A program made the translations under genes and the position numbers. A DNA stretch of 64,000 bases, from assembly GCA_016176295.1 (NCBI GenBank), contig JACOXN010000006.1:18466-82465 (forward strand), written 5' to 3'. A model generated the notes under the pieces. That model was not told the DNA's origin. It did no database searches and saw nothing but the letters and a program-made list of their open reading frames with translations. Positions 47,786-57,473 of this stretch are shown one piece after another (the stretch's first letter is position 1; the number at the start of each line of letters is the position of its first letter). The DNA is from Candidatus Giovannonibacteria bacterium (lineage in GTDB: Bacteria; Patescibacteriota; Minisyncoccia; UBA11713; 2-01-FULL-45-33).

Positions 47786-48787
47786 ATGGGCAAAATAAAA
47801 TTCTTATTGGTGGCGATCATTATAGCGGCAGCGGGAGCGGCATGGTGGTTTTATTTACCGAAAGCCGAAGTGGCCCCGCCGGCGGCTCGCAGGCTCGGCG
47901 TACTGCTGGCTTCCGATCTTCAGACGGCAACCGTGGACGGGATTAAGGACGGGCTTAAGGAATTGGGGTATGTTGAAGGAAAGGATTATTTATTGGATGT
48001 CAAAAACCCCAAAGGAGACAGGGAACTTACAAAAACTTACGCCAAAGAATTGGTCGCTTCCAAACCAAGCCTTTTGATTCCGGTCTCTACGACCGCTTCC
48101 AGCGCGATAAAAGAGGCGAACGCCACGGCCACGCTGCCTGTGGTGTTCGTGGACGTCGGCAGCTTGGAAAGTCTCGGTATCACAAATCTACAGCGTCCCG
48201 GCGGAACCATGACTGGGGTAGTCGTGGATAATGTGCTGGTTTCTTCCAAGCGCATGGAATTGCTTAAAGAGCTTAATCCGTCGCTTACGAATGTGGGTGT
48301 GCTGCTCAATTCCAAACATGTGAGTTACAAGACCATAAAAAGCGTCCACGACGAAAGTGCAAAGTCACTGGGTCTTGAAGTAAAATATTACGACATTACA
48401 AAAGCGGATGAACTTCCGGGCATGCTTGCCAAGATAGCAAAAGAAAAACCGCAAGCCATCATGACTACGACCGATGCCAATCTTTCCGGAAACGCCGATA
48501 TCATAGCCAAAGCCTTGAAAGATGCCAAGATACCCTCGATTGATTTCAACAGCGAGCGCGGCATAAAATCCGGCTACCTCATGGTTTACGGGGTGACCAG
48601 ATATGATACGGGTAAACAAGGTTCCTTGATGATAGACCGGGTTTTGCGCGGCCAGGCTCCGGGTGAGATTCCCATCGAGTTCGCCGGAGTTCCTGTATTG
48701 GAACTGAATGCAGCGACTGCCAAAGTCATAAACGTTACATTCCCAAATTCGCTTTTGCTCCAGGCAGAAACTATTTTAGATCAATAA
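47786..48787 (+). CDS. Membrane-anchored ABC-type substrate-binding protein homolog, paralog B'
   Basis: By eye closest to the 45735 gene (LPVVFVDVGSLESLGITNLQRPGGTMTGVVV...KRMELLKE). Confidence 0.75.
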   Translation: MGKIKFLLVAIIIAAAGAAWWFYLPKAEVAPPAARRLGVLLASDLQTATVDGIKDGLKELGYVEGKDYLLDVKNPKGDRELTKTYAKELVASKPSLLIPVSTTASSAIKEANATATLPVVFVDVGSLESLGITNLQRPGGTMTGVVVDNVLVSSKRMELLKELNPSLTNVGVLLNSKHVSYKTIKSVHDESAKSLGLEVKYYDITKADELPGMLAKIAKEKPQAIMTTTDANLSGNADIIAKALKDAKIPSIDFNSERGIKSGYLMVYGVTRYDTGKQGSLMIDRVLRGQAPGEIPIEFAGVPVLELNAATAKVINVTFPNSLLLQAETILDQ

Positions 48788-48793
48788 TGAATA

Positions 48794-50920
48794 ATGGAAA
48801 ACTTCAGGTTTTCTATCAGGCCAAACCTTAAGAAAATAATCGCAGTTTTTAATCTTACTCGCGCGGTTACTTTATTGGCCCTCGTCCTGATCATAGTAGC
48901 CATCAACGCCTTCTGGTATATTCCCAGCCGGAACGAACTCAACCACAGCACTCTCGCTTTATATACCACGATAGCTTCCGGAGCTCGTAACCAGACCACG
49001 GAATTCGTAAAAAAACATCAGGAAGCTCTACAGAACATCGGCTTCAATATATTGATAGAACCTCATAATCTAGACAAGCTTTTTGCCAGGTTTTTGAAAG
49101 AGAACCCTGCCATAGAATCCGTTTCCGTCCTAGGATTCTCAGGGCAGGAATTGGCCAGAGAGGACCGAAACCTGCTCGTGACACAAGAGGACCTTAAATA
49201 CCGGTTATCGGACACGGCTTACCAATATGCCCGCGCCGGGAGTCTGTACGTAGGCCCGGTATTTCTTTCGAAAATAGGGGAACCTCTTATAACCGTAGCG
49301 GCTCCTTTAAAGGTAGAAAGTGATCTTTTTTCAGAGGATATCCAGGTGATAACAGCCGACCTTAATGTGAGGTACATGATAGATGTCGTGCGCGACATAA
49401 AAGTCGGCGGCAAAGGCCTTGCTTACCTGGTGGACAGCTCCGGCTTTCTGATCGCCCACCCCGATGTCTCGCTGGTGCTCCGGAGGGTAAATTTATTGAA
49501 CAGGCACATTGTGTTGGACGTGCTTGCCGGGCAAGAATCCTCTACTTTCGACTCGGATAATTCTTATGAAAATTTTGCCGGTGAAAAAGTTTTTGCTTTG
49601 GGCTTGCCGATAAATATCGGCAGCGGGTGGGGTGCACTCGTGGAAGAGCCGGAGCGGGATGTTTTTGCCCCGCACAGGCGGACCTTGTTCGTCGCTTCCA
49701 TAACTTTAGGTATCGAACTCCTTATGGTTTTTATTTTATTCGTGGGGTATTTAAACCTCATTCAGACCGCGAACCTGCTTGCTTCCGAAAAAGATCAAAG
49801 GGAAGCCATATTGAACAGCCTTTCCGACGGTGTCATAGAATATGATTCCGGTTCCAAAATAATATTAATGAACCCTCGCGCGGAGGATCTTTTGGGTGTG
49901 AAGATGAGGGACATTATGGGTACGCCGATAACTCCGGAAATATTACACACCAGACCGGAGTTGCGGGGGGTTGTCGAAGTGATGTACCCTGCCTTGGCGA
50001 AATATACTTCCGGCGTAAAACCGGTGGTTGGCTCCACTGCGCGATCCATGGAGCTGCATATCTCCCAGCCGGAACTGAAACTCATCGTGACCATGAGCCA
50101 GGTTATGGATGAGAATGGCGAGAACCGCAGTTTTCTTAAAATATTGCGCGACATTTCGCGTGAACAGCTTTTCGCGCGTTTAAGATCTGAGTTCGTGTCT
50201 ATTGCGGCCCATCAGTTGAGAACACCGTTATCGGCTATCAAATGGACTCTGAAGCTGCTTTTAGATGGCGATGCCGGCCCGATAAGCAAAGAACAATCCG
50301 ATCTGCTATCCCGTGGATATGAGACGAATGAGCGCATGATAAAGCTTGTGAGCGACCTCTTGAACGCTGCGCGCATAGAGGAAGGGAGATTCGGCTATAA
50401 CATGAAAGAGATCGACCTGCTGCAGTTCATGGACGAGATAGTAAAAACCCACAGCCTGAATTCCCAAAGCAAGGGGGTGTCCCTCGAATTTGTAAAAGAC
50501 CTTTCCGATCTCACCAAAATATTTATCGACCCGGAAAAGTTATCTCTGGCGCTGAACAATCTATTGGATAACGCCATCAAGTATACCGCGGTCGGCGGCA
50601 AGGTAGTCATGAAAGTGGCCCAAAAGCCACAATTTCTGGAAATATCCGTTTCCGACAACGGTTTTGGCATACCGGAGGCGGAAAAAAAGAGGGTGTTTTC
50701 CAAGTTTTTCAGGGCTTCCAATGTGGTGCGCAGGGAAACCGAAGGCACCGGTTTAGGGCTTTTTATAGTCAGGAATATCATTAAGCGGCACGGGGGCGAT
50801 ATTTCTTTCGATTCGGTTGAGGGAAAAGGGACCACGTTTACCATCGCACTTCCTTTAAACAAAGAAGATGTTCCCAAGGAGGAATTTGTTCCTCTTGAGG
50901 AGTTTTTGGAAACAATTTAA
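48794..50920 (+). CDS. Sensor histidine kinase (extracytoplasmic Cache-like domain, PAS, HisKA, HATPase_c)
   Basis: Two TM helices flank a ~270-aa sensor domain (GLAYLVDSSGFLIAHPD). H-box SIAAHQLRTPLS; N and G boxes DNAIKYT and GTGLGL. Confidence 0.9.
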   Translation: MENFRFSIRPNLKKIIAVFNLTRAVTLLALVLIIVAINAFWYIPSRNELNHSTLALYTTIASGARNQTTEFVKKHQEALQNIGFNILIEPHNLDKLFARFLKENPAIESVSVLGFSGQELAREDRNLLVTQEDLKYRLSDTAYQYARAGSLYVGPVFLSKIGEPLITVAAPLKVESDLFSEDIQVITADLNVRYMIDVVRDIKVGGKGLAYLVDSSGFLIAHPDVSLVLRRVNLLNRHIVLDVLAGQESSTFDSDNSYENFAGEKVFALGLPINIGSGWGALVEEPERDVFAPHRRTLFVASITLGIELLMVFILFVGYLNLIQTANLLASEKDQREAILNSLSDGVIEYDSGSKIILMNPRAEDLLGVKMRDIMGTPITPEILHTRPELRGVVEVMYPALAKYTSGVKPVVGSTARSMELHISQPELKLIVTMSQVMDENGENRSFLKILRDISREQLFARLRSEFVSIAAHQLRTPLSAIKWTLKLLLDGDAGPISKEQSDLLSRGYETNERMIKLVSDLLNAARIEEGRFGYNMKEIDLLQFMDEIVKTHSLNSQSKGVSLEFVKDLSDLTKIFIDPEKLSLALNNLLDNAIKYTAVGGKVVMKVAQKPQFLEISVSDNGFGIPEAEKKRVFSKFFRASNVVRRETEGTGLGLFIVRNIIKRHGGDISFDSVEGKGTTFTIALPLNKEDVPKEEFVPLEEFLETI

Positions 50921-50940
50921 ATATGGTATAATTACGCCAA

Positions 50941-51833
50941 TGGCTAAAACAAAGATCTTAATCATCGAAGACGAACCAGTACATCTGAATGTTATGAAGT
51001 CAAAACTGGAAAAGGCCGGCTTCGACGTGATATTTGCGACGGACGGCGAGTTGGGTCTTAATATGGTTATGTCGGAAAAGCCGGCGCTCGTGCTATTGGA
51101 TGTCATTCTCCCCAAAATGAACGGATTTGGGGTTTTGGAAAATTTAAAGAAAAACCACGTTGCCACTCCGGTAATTATAGTTTCTAATTCCGGGCAGCCG
51201 GTCGAAGTTGATAAAGCGCTCAAGCTCGGAGCTAAAGATTTTCTCGTAAAAGCGGAATTTAACCCGTCCGACGTTCTTGAGAAAGTGATAAAGATCGTCG
51301 GAAAGCCCGGAGACATGGCCTTTCCTTCAAAGAGTGCTTCGGAATCGAAAATTGAAATTATAAATAAAACATCCAATCCAATGGAAAATCAGGCAGCAAT
51401 GTCCAATACCTCAGCTGTGGCAGGAACAGGAAATTCCGACGTCGCTACCGGCGGGAAAAACCGTATTTTGGTCGTAGAGGACGATAAATTCCTACGCGAC
51501 CTTATAATCCAGAAGTTAAAGCGGGAAGGATTTATAACATATGAAGGTTTCGACGGGGAAGAGGGGCTTAAGGTGGCAAAAAAAGAGTTACCCGATATTA
51601 TGTTGCTTGATCTCATTCTGCCCGGCCTCGACGGATTCGAGGTGCTGCGCCTTCTTAAAGCCGATGAGCCAACTTCAAATATTCCCATTATAGTACTTTC
51701 GAATTTGGGTCAGAAAGAAGATATCGACCGGGCAATGTCGGGAGGGGCGGAAGATTTTATGATAAAAGCTCATTTTACACCCACTGAAATAGTTGCGAAA
51801 ATAAAATCCATTCTGAAAAAGAAATATTTTTAA
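50941..51833 (+). CDS. Response regulator with two receiver domains and no output domain
   Basis: Start at MAKTKILIIEDE. REC1 spans residues 4-120. After a linker, REC2 begins RILVVEDDKFLRDL...LLDLILPGLDG. Confidence 0.88.
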
Positions 51834-51850
51834 TATTAAGATTAGTAAAT

Positions 51851-52762
51851 TTGATATTACTGCTTTTCGGAAAGAATCGGCATAAAGCTGAAAAAAAAGT
51901 GTTCGAACTTAGACAGGCTTTCCTTGAAAAGCACGGGGGCGCGGCTGTTCGGGAAGTCAGCGGCGAAGAAGAAAATTATTTTGAAAATGCCTCCGTCGCT
52001 CTCGGCCAAGCCGATCTTTTTTTGGAGAAAAGGCTCGTAATTTTTAAAAAAATACTCGCGGGGCGGCCGGATTTTTTTTCTTATGTAAAAGAGCGCGTAG
52101 GGGCCCTTAAGGCCTCCCCGGATGTATTCGTATTCATCGAGCCGGACTTGGCCAAAGATTCCGACATTTTTTCTTTCTTAAAAGAACATTGTGAAAAAAC
52201 CCAGGAAAATCTTCCTTATACGCGCAAAGAATTAGCCGGCCTTTTGCAGGAAGAAATGTCGGAACGCGGCCTGGCTCTTTCTTCCCAAGCGGAGGAGCTT
52301 TTGATGGACATTTCGGAGCGCGAGGGTTCGGCGCCGAAGGAGCTTTTGGACAGGCTTTCTTTGGGCGATAAGGAAGTTTTAAATAAAATAACGAATAGAA
52401 GAACAGCCGATGAAAATGAAGCTTTTTATTTCGCAGATTCCGTTTTTGCGAGCGGTTTTTCGGGGTCTTTACTGCGTTTTAAAAAAGCGTCGGCTTCCGG
52501 AATAAACCCGGCCCGGTTGCCGTTCACAATTTTATGGAAATTAAAAAATATTTTTTTAGCGCTTAAAAAAGAAAGTTCCTCGCTCAAACCTTTCCTTGTG
52601 CGCAAAGCTGAGAACGAGTCGCGCCTTTTCGGCGAAAAAGCGCTTCTTCGGTCCTATTGGCAGGGTATTGAGACAGAATCTCTAATAAAAAGAGATCCTA
52701 AAAACTCCGACCATTTTATGGAAAAATGGCTGGTCCAATTGAGGAACGGTTCTACTCAGTAA
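51851..52762 (+). CDS. holA: Probable DNA polymerase III delta subunit
   Basis: Size and N-terminal pattern (ILLLFGKN...), with the holA/rpsT divergent arrangement common in Gram-positive-type genomes. Weak motif support; TTG start. Confidence 0.5.
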   Translation: MILLLFGKNRHKAEKKVFELRQAFLEKHGGAAVREVSGEEENYFENASVALGQADLFLEKRLVIFKKILAGRPDFFSYVKERVGALKASPDVFVFIEPDLAKDSDIFSFLKEHCEKTQENLPYTRKELAGLLQEEMSERGLALSSQAEELLMDISEREGSAPKELLDRLSLGDKEVLNKITNRRTADENEAFYFADSVFASGFSGSLLRFKKASASGINPARLPFTILWKLKNIFLALKKESSSLKPFLVRKAENESRLFGEKALLRSYWQGIETESLIKRDPKNSDHFMEKWLVQLRNGSTQ

Positions 52763-52763
52763 T

Positions 52764-53027
52764 TCAGGCCGTTTTGCCGACGAGCCGGCTCAGGCGGGAT
52801 TTTACCCTGGCGGCTTTGTTCTTTTTTATCATTCTGCGTTTGGCGGATTTGTCCACAATTTTATAAGCGGCCCGAAGTGCCTTGCTAAATTCGTCGTTTT
52901 TTTTGGCCGCGGCGAACTTTTCCACCGATTTTACGGCTTTATGCATCTCTATTTTCCAAACCTGGTTGGTTTTTCTGCGTTTTATTGACTGTCTTAATGC
53001 TTTTTTGGCTGATTTGATTATCGGCAT
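52764..53027 (-). CDS. rpsT: 30S ribosomal protein S20
   Basis: MPIIKSAKKALRQSIKRRKTN, the canonical S20 N-terminus. Confidence 0.93.
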   Translation of the reverse strand: MPIIKSAKKALRQSIKRRKTNQVWKIEMHKAVKSVEKFAAAKKNDEFSKALRAAYKIVDKSAKRRMIKKNKAARVKSRLSRLVGKTA

Positions 53028-53130
53028 AGTATTTAGAAGTATAAATTAAAAGTTTCATAATGTAAAGATGTTGACATGCTTGCCGGTATTTTCCTAAGAT
53101 GACTTCAGAACGTTTTAAATCGGGGGAGAG

Positions 53131-53943
53131 ATGAGAAAAAAATCCAAGCCGAAAAATGGCGGCAAATCCGAGTCTACGGGTTATTTCAGGCACGAAACTC
53201 TATCCTGCTGGAAAGCGGCAACGCTTGCCGCGTTGTTCGTTAAAGAAGTGCATACGCAATTCGGCGACATGAGAAACCAGCTCGAAAGGTCCGTTTTGTC
53301 GATAACCAATAACATTGCGGAAGCCTGCGCCCGTCATCAGCACGGCGGGAAAAATATTGAGAATCTTTTTTCCCATGGAAACGGTTCCCTGGGCGAGACC
53401 GCGAATATGCTGTTTTTTTCTTTCCGTCTTCACGCAAAAGCCGCGGCTTCAAGAGACGACCGGGTCTTCAATGACTTCGTGAGGGAGATACTTCTCAAGG
53501 CTTTTCATGAGCTGGATTGCATTATCTCCAATCCCAGCCTTATGGATAGCCCGATGTCCATCGGTATTTTCAAAGCCGATGAAATCGTGCTCTTAGATCA
53601 CATTTTACGGGAAATAAATTCAGGAAAGAACGTGCGGCAGGTCATGGGCGATATTTTCGTAGATGAAAAGCAGACCAAGTCGGAGAACAACGGCTCGGCG
53701 CCAAAGGATATCTGTCTGGAATGCGGCAGAAAAACCGAGCTGCAGGATGGAAATTTACACAATGTCCTCATGGTGACCGAACTCTCAAAGTCGAAGATAA
53801 ATTGTCCGATCTTTGTCTGCATCAGATGTTCCAAAAGAAAGGGCGTGCCTATAGAAATGATTCAAGGTTCCATCGTTTTTCGGCCAAAGCCGGACGGTGA
53901 ATCACAGGCTGATTTGCAGACCGGAGGCACCCTGATCAATTAG
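53131..53943 (+). CDS. Four-helix-bundle (23S rRNA IVS / Avd-like family) domain fused to a C-terminal zinc-ribbon region
   Basis: N-terminal QLERSVLSITNNIAEACAR...NGSLGETANMLFF matches the four-helix-bundle family signature. C-terminal CLECGRK...CPIFVCIRCSKRKG. TTGACA-N18-TAAGAT promoter and GGGGGAGAG SD lie upstream. Confidence 0.6.
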   Translation: MRKKSKPKNGGKSESTGYFRHETLSCWKAATLAALFVKEVHTQFGDMRNQLERSVLSITNNIAEACARHQHGGKNIENLFSHGNGSLGETANMLFFSFRLHAKAAASRDDRVFNDFVREILLKAFHELDCIISNPSLMDSPMSIGIFKADEIVLLDHILREINSGKNVRQVMGDIFVDEKQTKSENNGSAPKDICLECGRKTELQDGNLHNVLMVTELSKSKINCPIFVCIRCSKRKGVPIEMIQGSIVFRPKPDGESQADLQTGGTLIN

Positions 53944-53964
53944 CATAATCGCGGATCATCGCGG

Positions 53965-55923
53965 TTATTTTTTATGCAATGTTTTTATCATGTCTCTCAA
54001 TTCCGCCGCTCGTTCGAAGTTCAGCGCTTTTGCTTCTTCCAGCATTTCTTTTTCCAATTCTTTTTTTAATATTTCCGTAGAGCCGGATTTGGACATTTTA
54101 GGGAGTTTCATTTTGGCCGTGGCTTTATACACACCGAAAATATTTTCGGGTGCTCTTTGAGACAACGCCATGGGCACCGTGTGGTTCGATTTGTTGTAAT
54201 TATCTTGTATCTCCCGCCTGCGATCGGTTTCTTCCATCGCTTTTTTCATGGACTCGGTAATTTTATCCGCATACATAAGAACTTTGCCGTTGGTGTGCCT
54301 GGCTGCTCTTCCCATTGTTTGGATAAGTGTTTGGGCATTTCTTAAAAAACCTTCTTTATCTGCGTCCAGGATTATCACCAAAGAGACCTCCGGCAGGTCG
54401 AGCCCCTCTCTTAATAAATTTATGCCCACCACAACATCGTATTTACCCAGCCTCAGGTCGGTCAGTATTTCCGGCCGTTCCATGGTTTTTATATCCGAAT
54501 GAATGTATGCGGCTTTTATGTTCTCTTCTTTCAGAAAATCTGCGAGGTCCTCGGCCGTCCTTTTCGTAAGCGTGGTCACCAGCACGCGTTCGCCCGCAAG
54601 CACCCGCTTATTTATTTCACCTATGACATCCTCCATTATTTTTTCTTTCAATATTTTCGTGTCTTTTACTTCGACTTTGGGGTCTAAGAGGCCAGTGGGC
54701 CGGATTATTTGTTCCGCCACGTTTTCTTTGCCGCTTAATTTAAATTCATATTCCGCCGGGGTCGCCGAGACGTAGACCGTTTGGCCCACCCTTTCCAGAA
54801 ATTCCTCGAATTTTAACGGCCGGTTATCGGCGGCGGAGGGGAGGCGGAACCCGTAATCAATGAGTGTCTGTTTCCGCGCGCGGTCGCCGTTGTACATTCC
54901 GCGTATCTGCGGTACGGACATATGGGATTCGTCTATGAACGTTACGAAATTTTTCGGGAGATAATCCAAAAGGGTGGATGGCGGTTCGCCGGCTTTCCTG
55001 AAAGAAAGCTGCCGGGAATAATTTTCTATGCCATGGGTATATCCGGTTTCTTTGAGCATTTTAAGGTCGAATCTGGTTCGTTGACGGAGCCTTTCCGCTT
55101 CCAGCGGTTTTTCCTGTGTTTTGAATTCCGACAGTCTTTCTTTGAGTTCAAGCTCGATATTGGCAATGGCCATTGCCAGTTTTTCCTGCGGGGTAACAAA
55201 ATGCTTGGCCGGGAAAATGCGCGCAAAACCGGATTTTCCGTTCATTTCCGGAGAGCTGATCCTTTCGATCACGTTCCCGTCCCATTCAATTATGGTCGAG
55301 CCTTCCGCTGAGGGATTCAAAATTTCCACGGCTTCGCCGCGCACCCTGAAAGTGCCGGGAAATTTTTCATAGTCGTTACGAGCGTATTGAAGGGCGACCA
55401 GGTTTTGCAGGAAATTTTTACGCGGCAAATTCTGCCCTTCTTTCAATTCTATCGCGGCTTTGCGGTATTCTTCCGGGTCTCCGATACCGTAAATGCAGGA
55501 AACAGAGGCGATGATCACGAGATCGTTCCTGGAAAGGGCTGACGCAGTAGTCGCGTGGCGCATCGCGTCTATAAAATCATTTATTTTCGCGTCTTTTTCT
55601 ATGTAAGTGTCGCTTTGCGGAATGTAAGCTTCCGGCTGGTAATAATCATAGTAAGAAACGAAATAATGAACGGCGTTTTTCGGGAAAAAATTTCTGAACT
55701 CCTGGTAAAGCTGCGCGGCGAGGGTCTTGTTGTGGGAGATGACAAGCGTCGGCCGGCCGATGTTGGCGATGACGTTCGCCATTGTAAAAGTTTTTCCGGA
55801 GCCTGTGACTCCGAGAAGCGTTTGGTGCGGCGTTCCCGTCTTTAACCCCTCTGTTAATTTCCGGATTGCTTCGGGCTGGTCTCCCGCGGGTTTATATGGC
55901 TCGTTTAAACTTAATAAAGGCAT
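53965..55923 (-). CDS. uvrB: Excinuclease ABC subunit B
   Basis: GVTGSGKTFTMA, DESH, helicase motifs, and a C-terminal UVR domain (FERAAELRD). Confidence 0.95.
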   Translation of the reverse strand: MPLLSLNEPYKPAGDQPEAIRKLTEGLKTGTPHQTLLGVTGSGKTFTMANVIANIGRPTLVISHNKTLAAQLYQEFRNFFPKNAVHYFVSYYDYYQPEAYIPQSDTYIEKDAKINDFIDAMRHATTASALSRNDLVIIASVSCIYGIGDPEEYRKAAIELKEGQNLPRKNFLQNLVALQYARNDYEKFPGTFRVRGEAVEILNPSAEGSTIIEWDGNVIERISSPEMNGKSGFARIFPAKHFVTPQEKLAMAIANIELELKERLSEFKTQEKPLEAERLRQRTRFDLKMLKETGYTHGIENYSRQLSFRKAGEPPSTLLDYLPKNFVTFIDESHMSVPQIRGMYNGDRARKQTLIDYGFRLPSAADNRPLKFEEFLERVGQTVYVSATPAEYEFKLSGKENVAEQIIRPTGLLDPKVEVKDTKILKEKIMEDVIGEINKRVLAGERVLVTTLTKRTAEDLADFLKEENIKAAYIHSDIKTMERPEILTDLRLGKYDVVVGINLLREGLDLPEVSLVIILDADKEGFLRNAQTLIQTMGRAARHTNGKVLMYADKITESMKKAMEETDRRREIQDNYNKSNHTVPMALSQRAPENIFGVYKATAKMKLPKMSKSGSTEILKKELEKEMLEEAKALNFERAAELRDMIKTLHKK

Positions 55924-55945
55924 TAAAGTATTTTACCCCAAGCTC

Positions 55946-55980
55946 TTGACTTCGGCAATAGAAGTAGTACAATTATACCA
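55946..55980. promoter_or_regulatory. Overlapping divergent promoters (plus strand TTGACT-N16-TACAAT for the DGR target; minus strand TGGTATAAT extended -10 for uvrB)
   Basis: Motifs read directly; the two -10 hexamers overlap by 2 nt. Confidence 0.35.
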
Positions 55981-56078
55981 CCTAGAAATATGGGGTTCCC
56001 TCATATTTTTGGGCTAATGGCTCTTTGGTAATTAACAGGACGAGTTCCGGAAGGAACGTGTCCAGAAGGATAAGGACG

Positions 56079-56729
56079 ATGTCTAGTCTCTACTCAGTAG
56101 GTCAGATGAATCAGCTTGGCGATTCGTTGGAAGCAGAAGGATTTGCAACCAGCGACGTTACGCAACTCACTCAATATAGCAACATTGCTGGAATAAAAGC
56201 TGTACTCAACGGTTCAGCTAAGATTGTTCCGATCAGCGAAGACACCAGCCGATTTATTACCCTCAACGAGACCACAATCGCGGTAAACCTCGCCGCAGCG
56301 CCAAAACTTCCGTTCAATGGAGCGGAAGTTGAACAGAATGTCGGCGAGGGTTGGGCGATTCTTGAGAAGCGAACCGAAGGTTTGTATGTCAACGGCGAAA
56401 AAATGGTTCTCTATCTGTCCAAGCGTCAGAAGAACGGAAAACAGTTAAAAGGTTTTGAGCTTCGTGAAGAGCTGACCGGAAAACCTGTCCTCAACGCAAG
56501 TGTTCTTGATGCTCTTTTGGCCAATACCCACCTCATACCGGAAGATTGGAAGAGAGATGAAAATGGCAATGCCATATACATTTTCTTTTGGGCATCGATT
56601 TTTCGCGGTTTGGGTGGCTGCTTCTGCGTCCGTTGCCTCTGCTTCTGCGGCGTTCGGTGGTATTCGCACTACGATTGGCTCAACTACGGTTGGTATGGCG
56701 ACGTTCCGGCCGCTCTCCGCGCAAGTTAG
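56079..56729 (+). CDS. DGR target (variable) protein with a C-terminal VR
   Basis: Start at MSSLYSVGQ after an AGGA SD. The C-terminus ...IYIFFWASIFRGLGGCFCVRCLCFCGVRWYSHYDWLNYGWYGDVPAALRAS carries the VR. No signal peptide is seen. Confidence 0.8.
   Translation: MSSLYSVGQMNQLGDSLEAEGFATSDVTQLTQYSNIAGIKAVLNGSAKIVPISEDTSRFITLNETTIAVNLAAAPKLPFNGAEVEQNVGEGWAILEKRTEGLYVNGEKMVLYLSKRQKNGKQLKGFELREELTGKPVLNASVLDALLANTHLIPEDWKRDENGNAIYIFFWASIFRGLGGCFCVRCLCFCGVRWYSHYDWLNYGWYGDVPAALRAS
56603..56724 (+). repeat. DGR variable repeat (VR)
   Basis: Gap-free alignment to 57055-57176. Of 122 positions, 22 differ, and all 22 are A in the TR. Confidence 0.9.
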
Positions 56730-56780
56730 CGCTTGGGACTTTGAACATTGGATCTATTAAATCCTTTGCGCTTTGTCCTC

Positions 56781-56813
56781 GGCCACACGCCATCTGGTGT
56801 GTGGCCGTTTTTT
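56781..56813 (+). terminator. Rho-independent terminator after the DGR target gene
   Basis: GGCCACAC-gccatctg-GTGTGTGGCC followed by TTTTTT. Confidence 0.7.
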
Positions 56814-57054
56814 GTGATAAAATTATAAGGGTAATAGGTGAATACGAGGAAGACCAAGGTTTTCTTCTACCGAATCCAGTATCCATACATCGGGAATATA
56901 CGCGATTACGGTTTCGGATAGGGTGGTGTATGCAGAAACTTCATAAAAAATGAAAATACTTGGTATAGAGCATTAGGGCATTTAATATGCCGAATAAGAT
57001 ACAATCCTGAGAGTATTCAAAGGATGGTGGTACTGAAGATGCCCCATACATAAA

Positions 57055-57176
57055 TCGCGATTTGAGTGACAACTTCTACGTCCGTTGCCTCTACTTCAAC
57101 AACGATCGGTGGTATTCGAACTACAATTGGCTCAACAACGATTGGAATGACAACAATCCGGACGCTCTCCGCGCAA
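57055..57176 (+). repeat. DGR template repeat (TR)
   Basis: Contains 33 adenines, many in AAC codons (in-frame reading ...FYVRCLYFNNDRWYSNYNWLNNDWNDNNPDALRA). Weaker, non-mutagenic homology to the target extends upstream to about 57039. Confidence 0.9.
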
Positions 57177-57182
57177 CTCTTT

Positions 57183-57473
57183 TCATTTCTCTCCCCCCTT
57201 GGGAGAGTTTTGCTTGTCTCGAGCAGTGTCGAGAGATTTTGAAAGCTGTCCTCGCCATCCTCCCAGCATTTTGCCTATTTCTTCCATTTTTACAGATAGG
57301 GCAATATATTTTTTGTTATCAATTGATTTCGTTTCCCATAAAACCATTAGCAATATTTTCAAAGTATCCGTCTTACGGATCGCAACTTTTACGTATGGCA
57401 ACTTTTCTTCTTTGGAAAGAAAACTAGCTATGGCTATAAATTCAATTATTTCAATAAAAAGATTGTCGGAAAT
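57183..57473 (-). pseudogene. Avd-like four-helix-bundle accessory gene, N-terminally truncated, opposite strand
   Basis: C-terminal ...KKYIALSVKMEEIGKMLGGWRGQ matches the Avd/four-helix-bundle tail. The open frame covers only ~96 codons, with a single TTG start leaving 72 aa. Helix 1 is missing. Confidence 0.55.

Noticed and set aside
56850-57050. A possible RT motif-2 remnant (ITVSDRVVYAE) and a VLK-like motif upstream of the TR.
   Set aside because: The frames are full of stop codons. The match rests on about 4-6 residues. The VLK region is better explained as flanking target/TR homology read in another frame.
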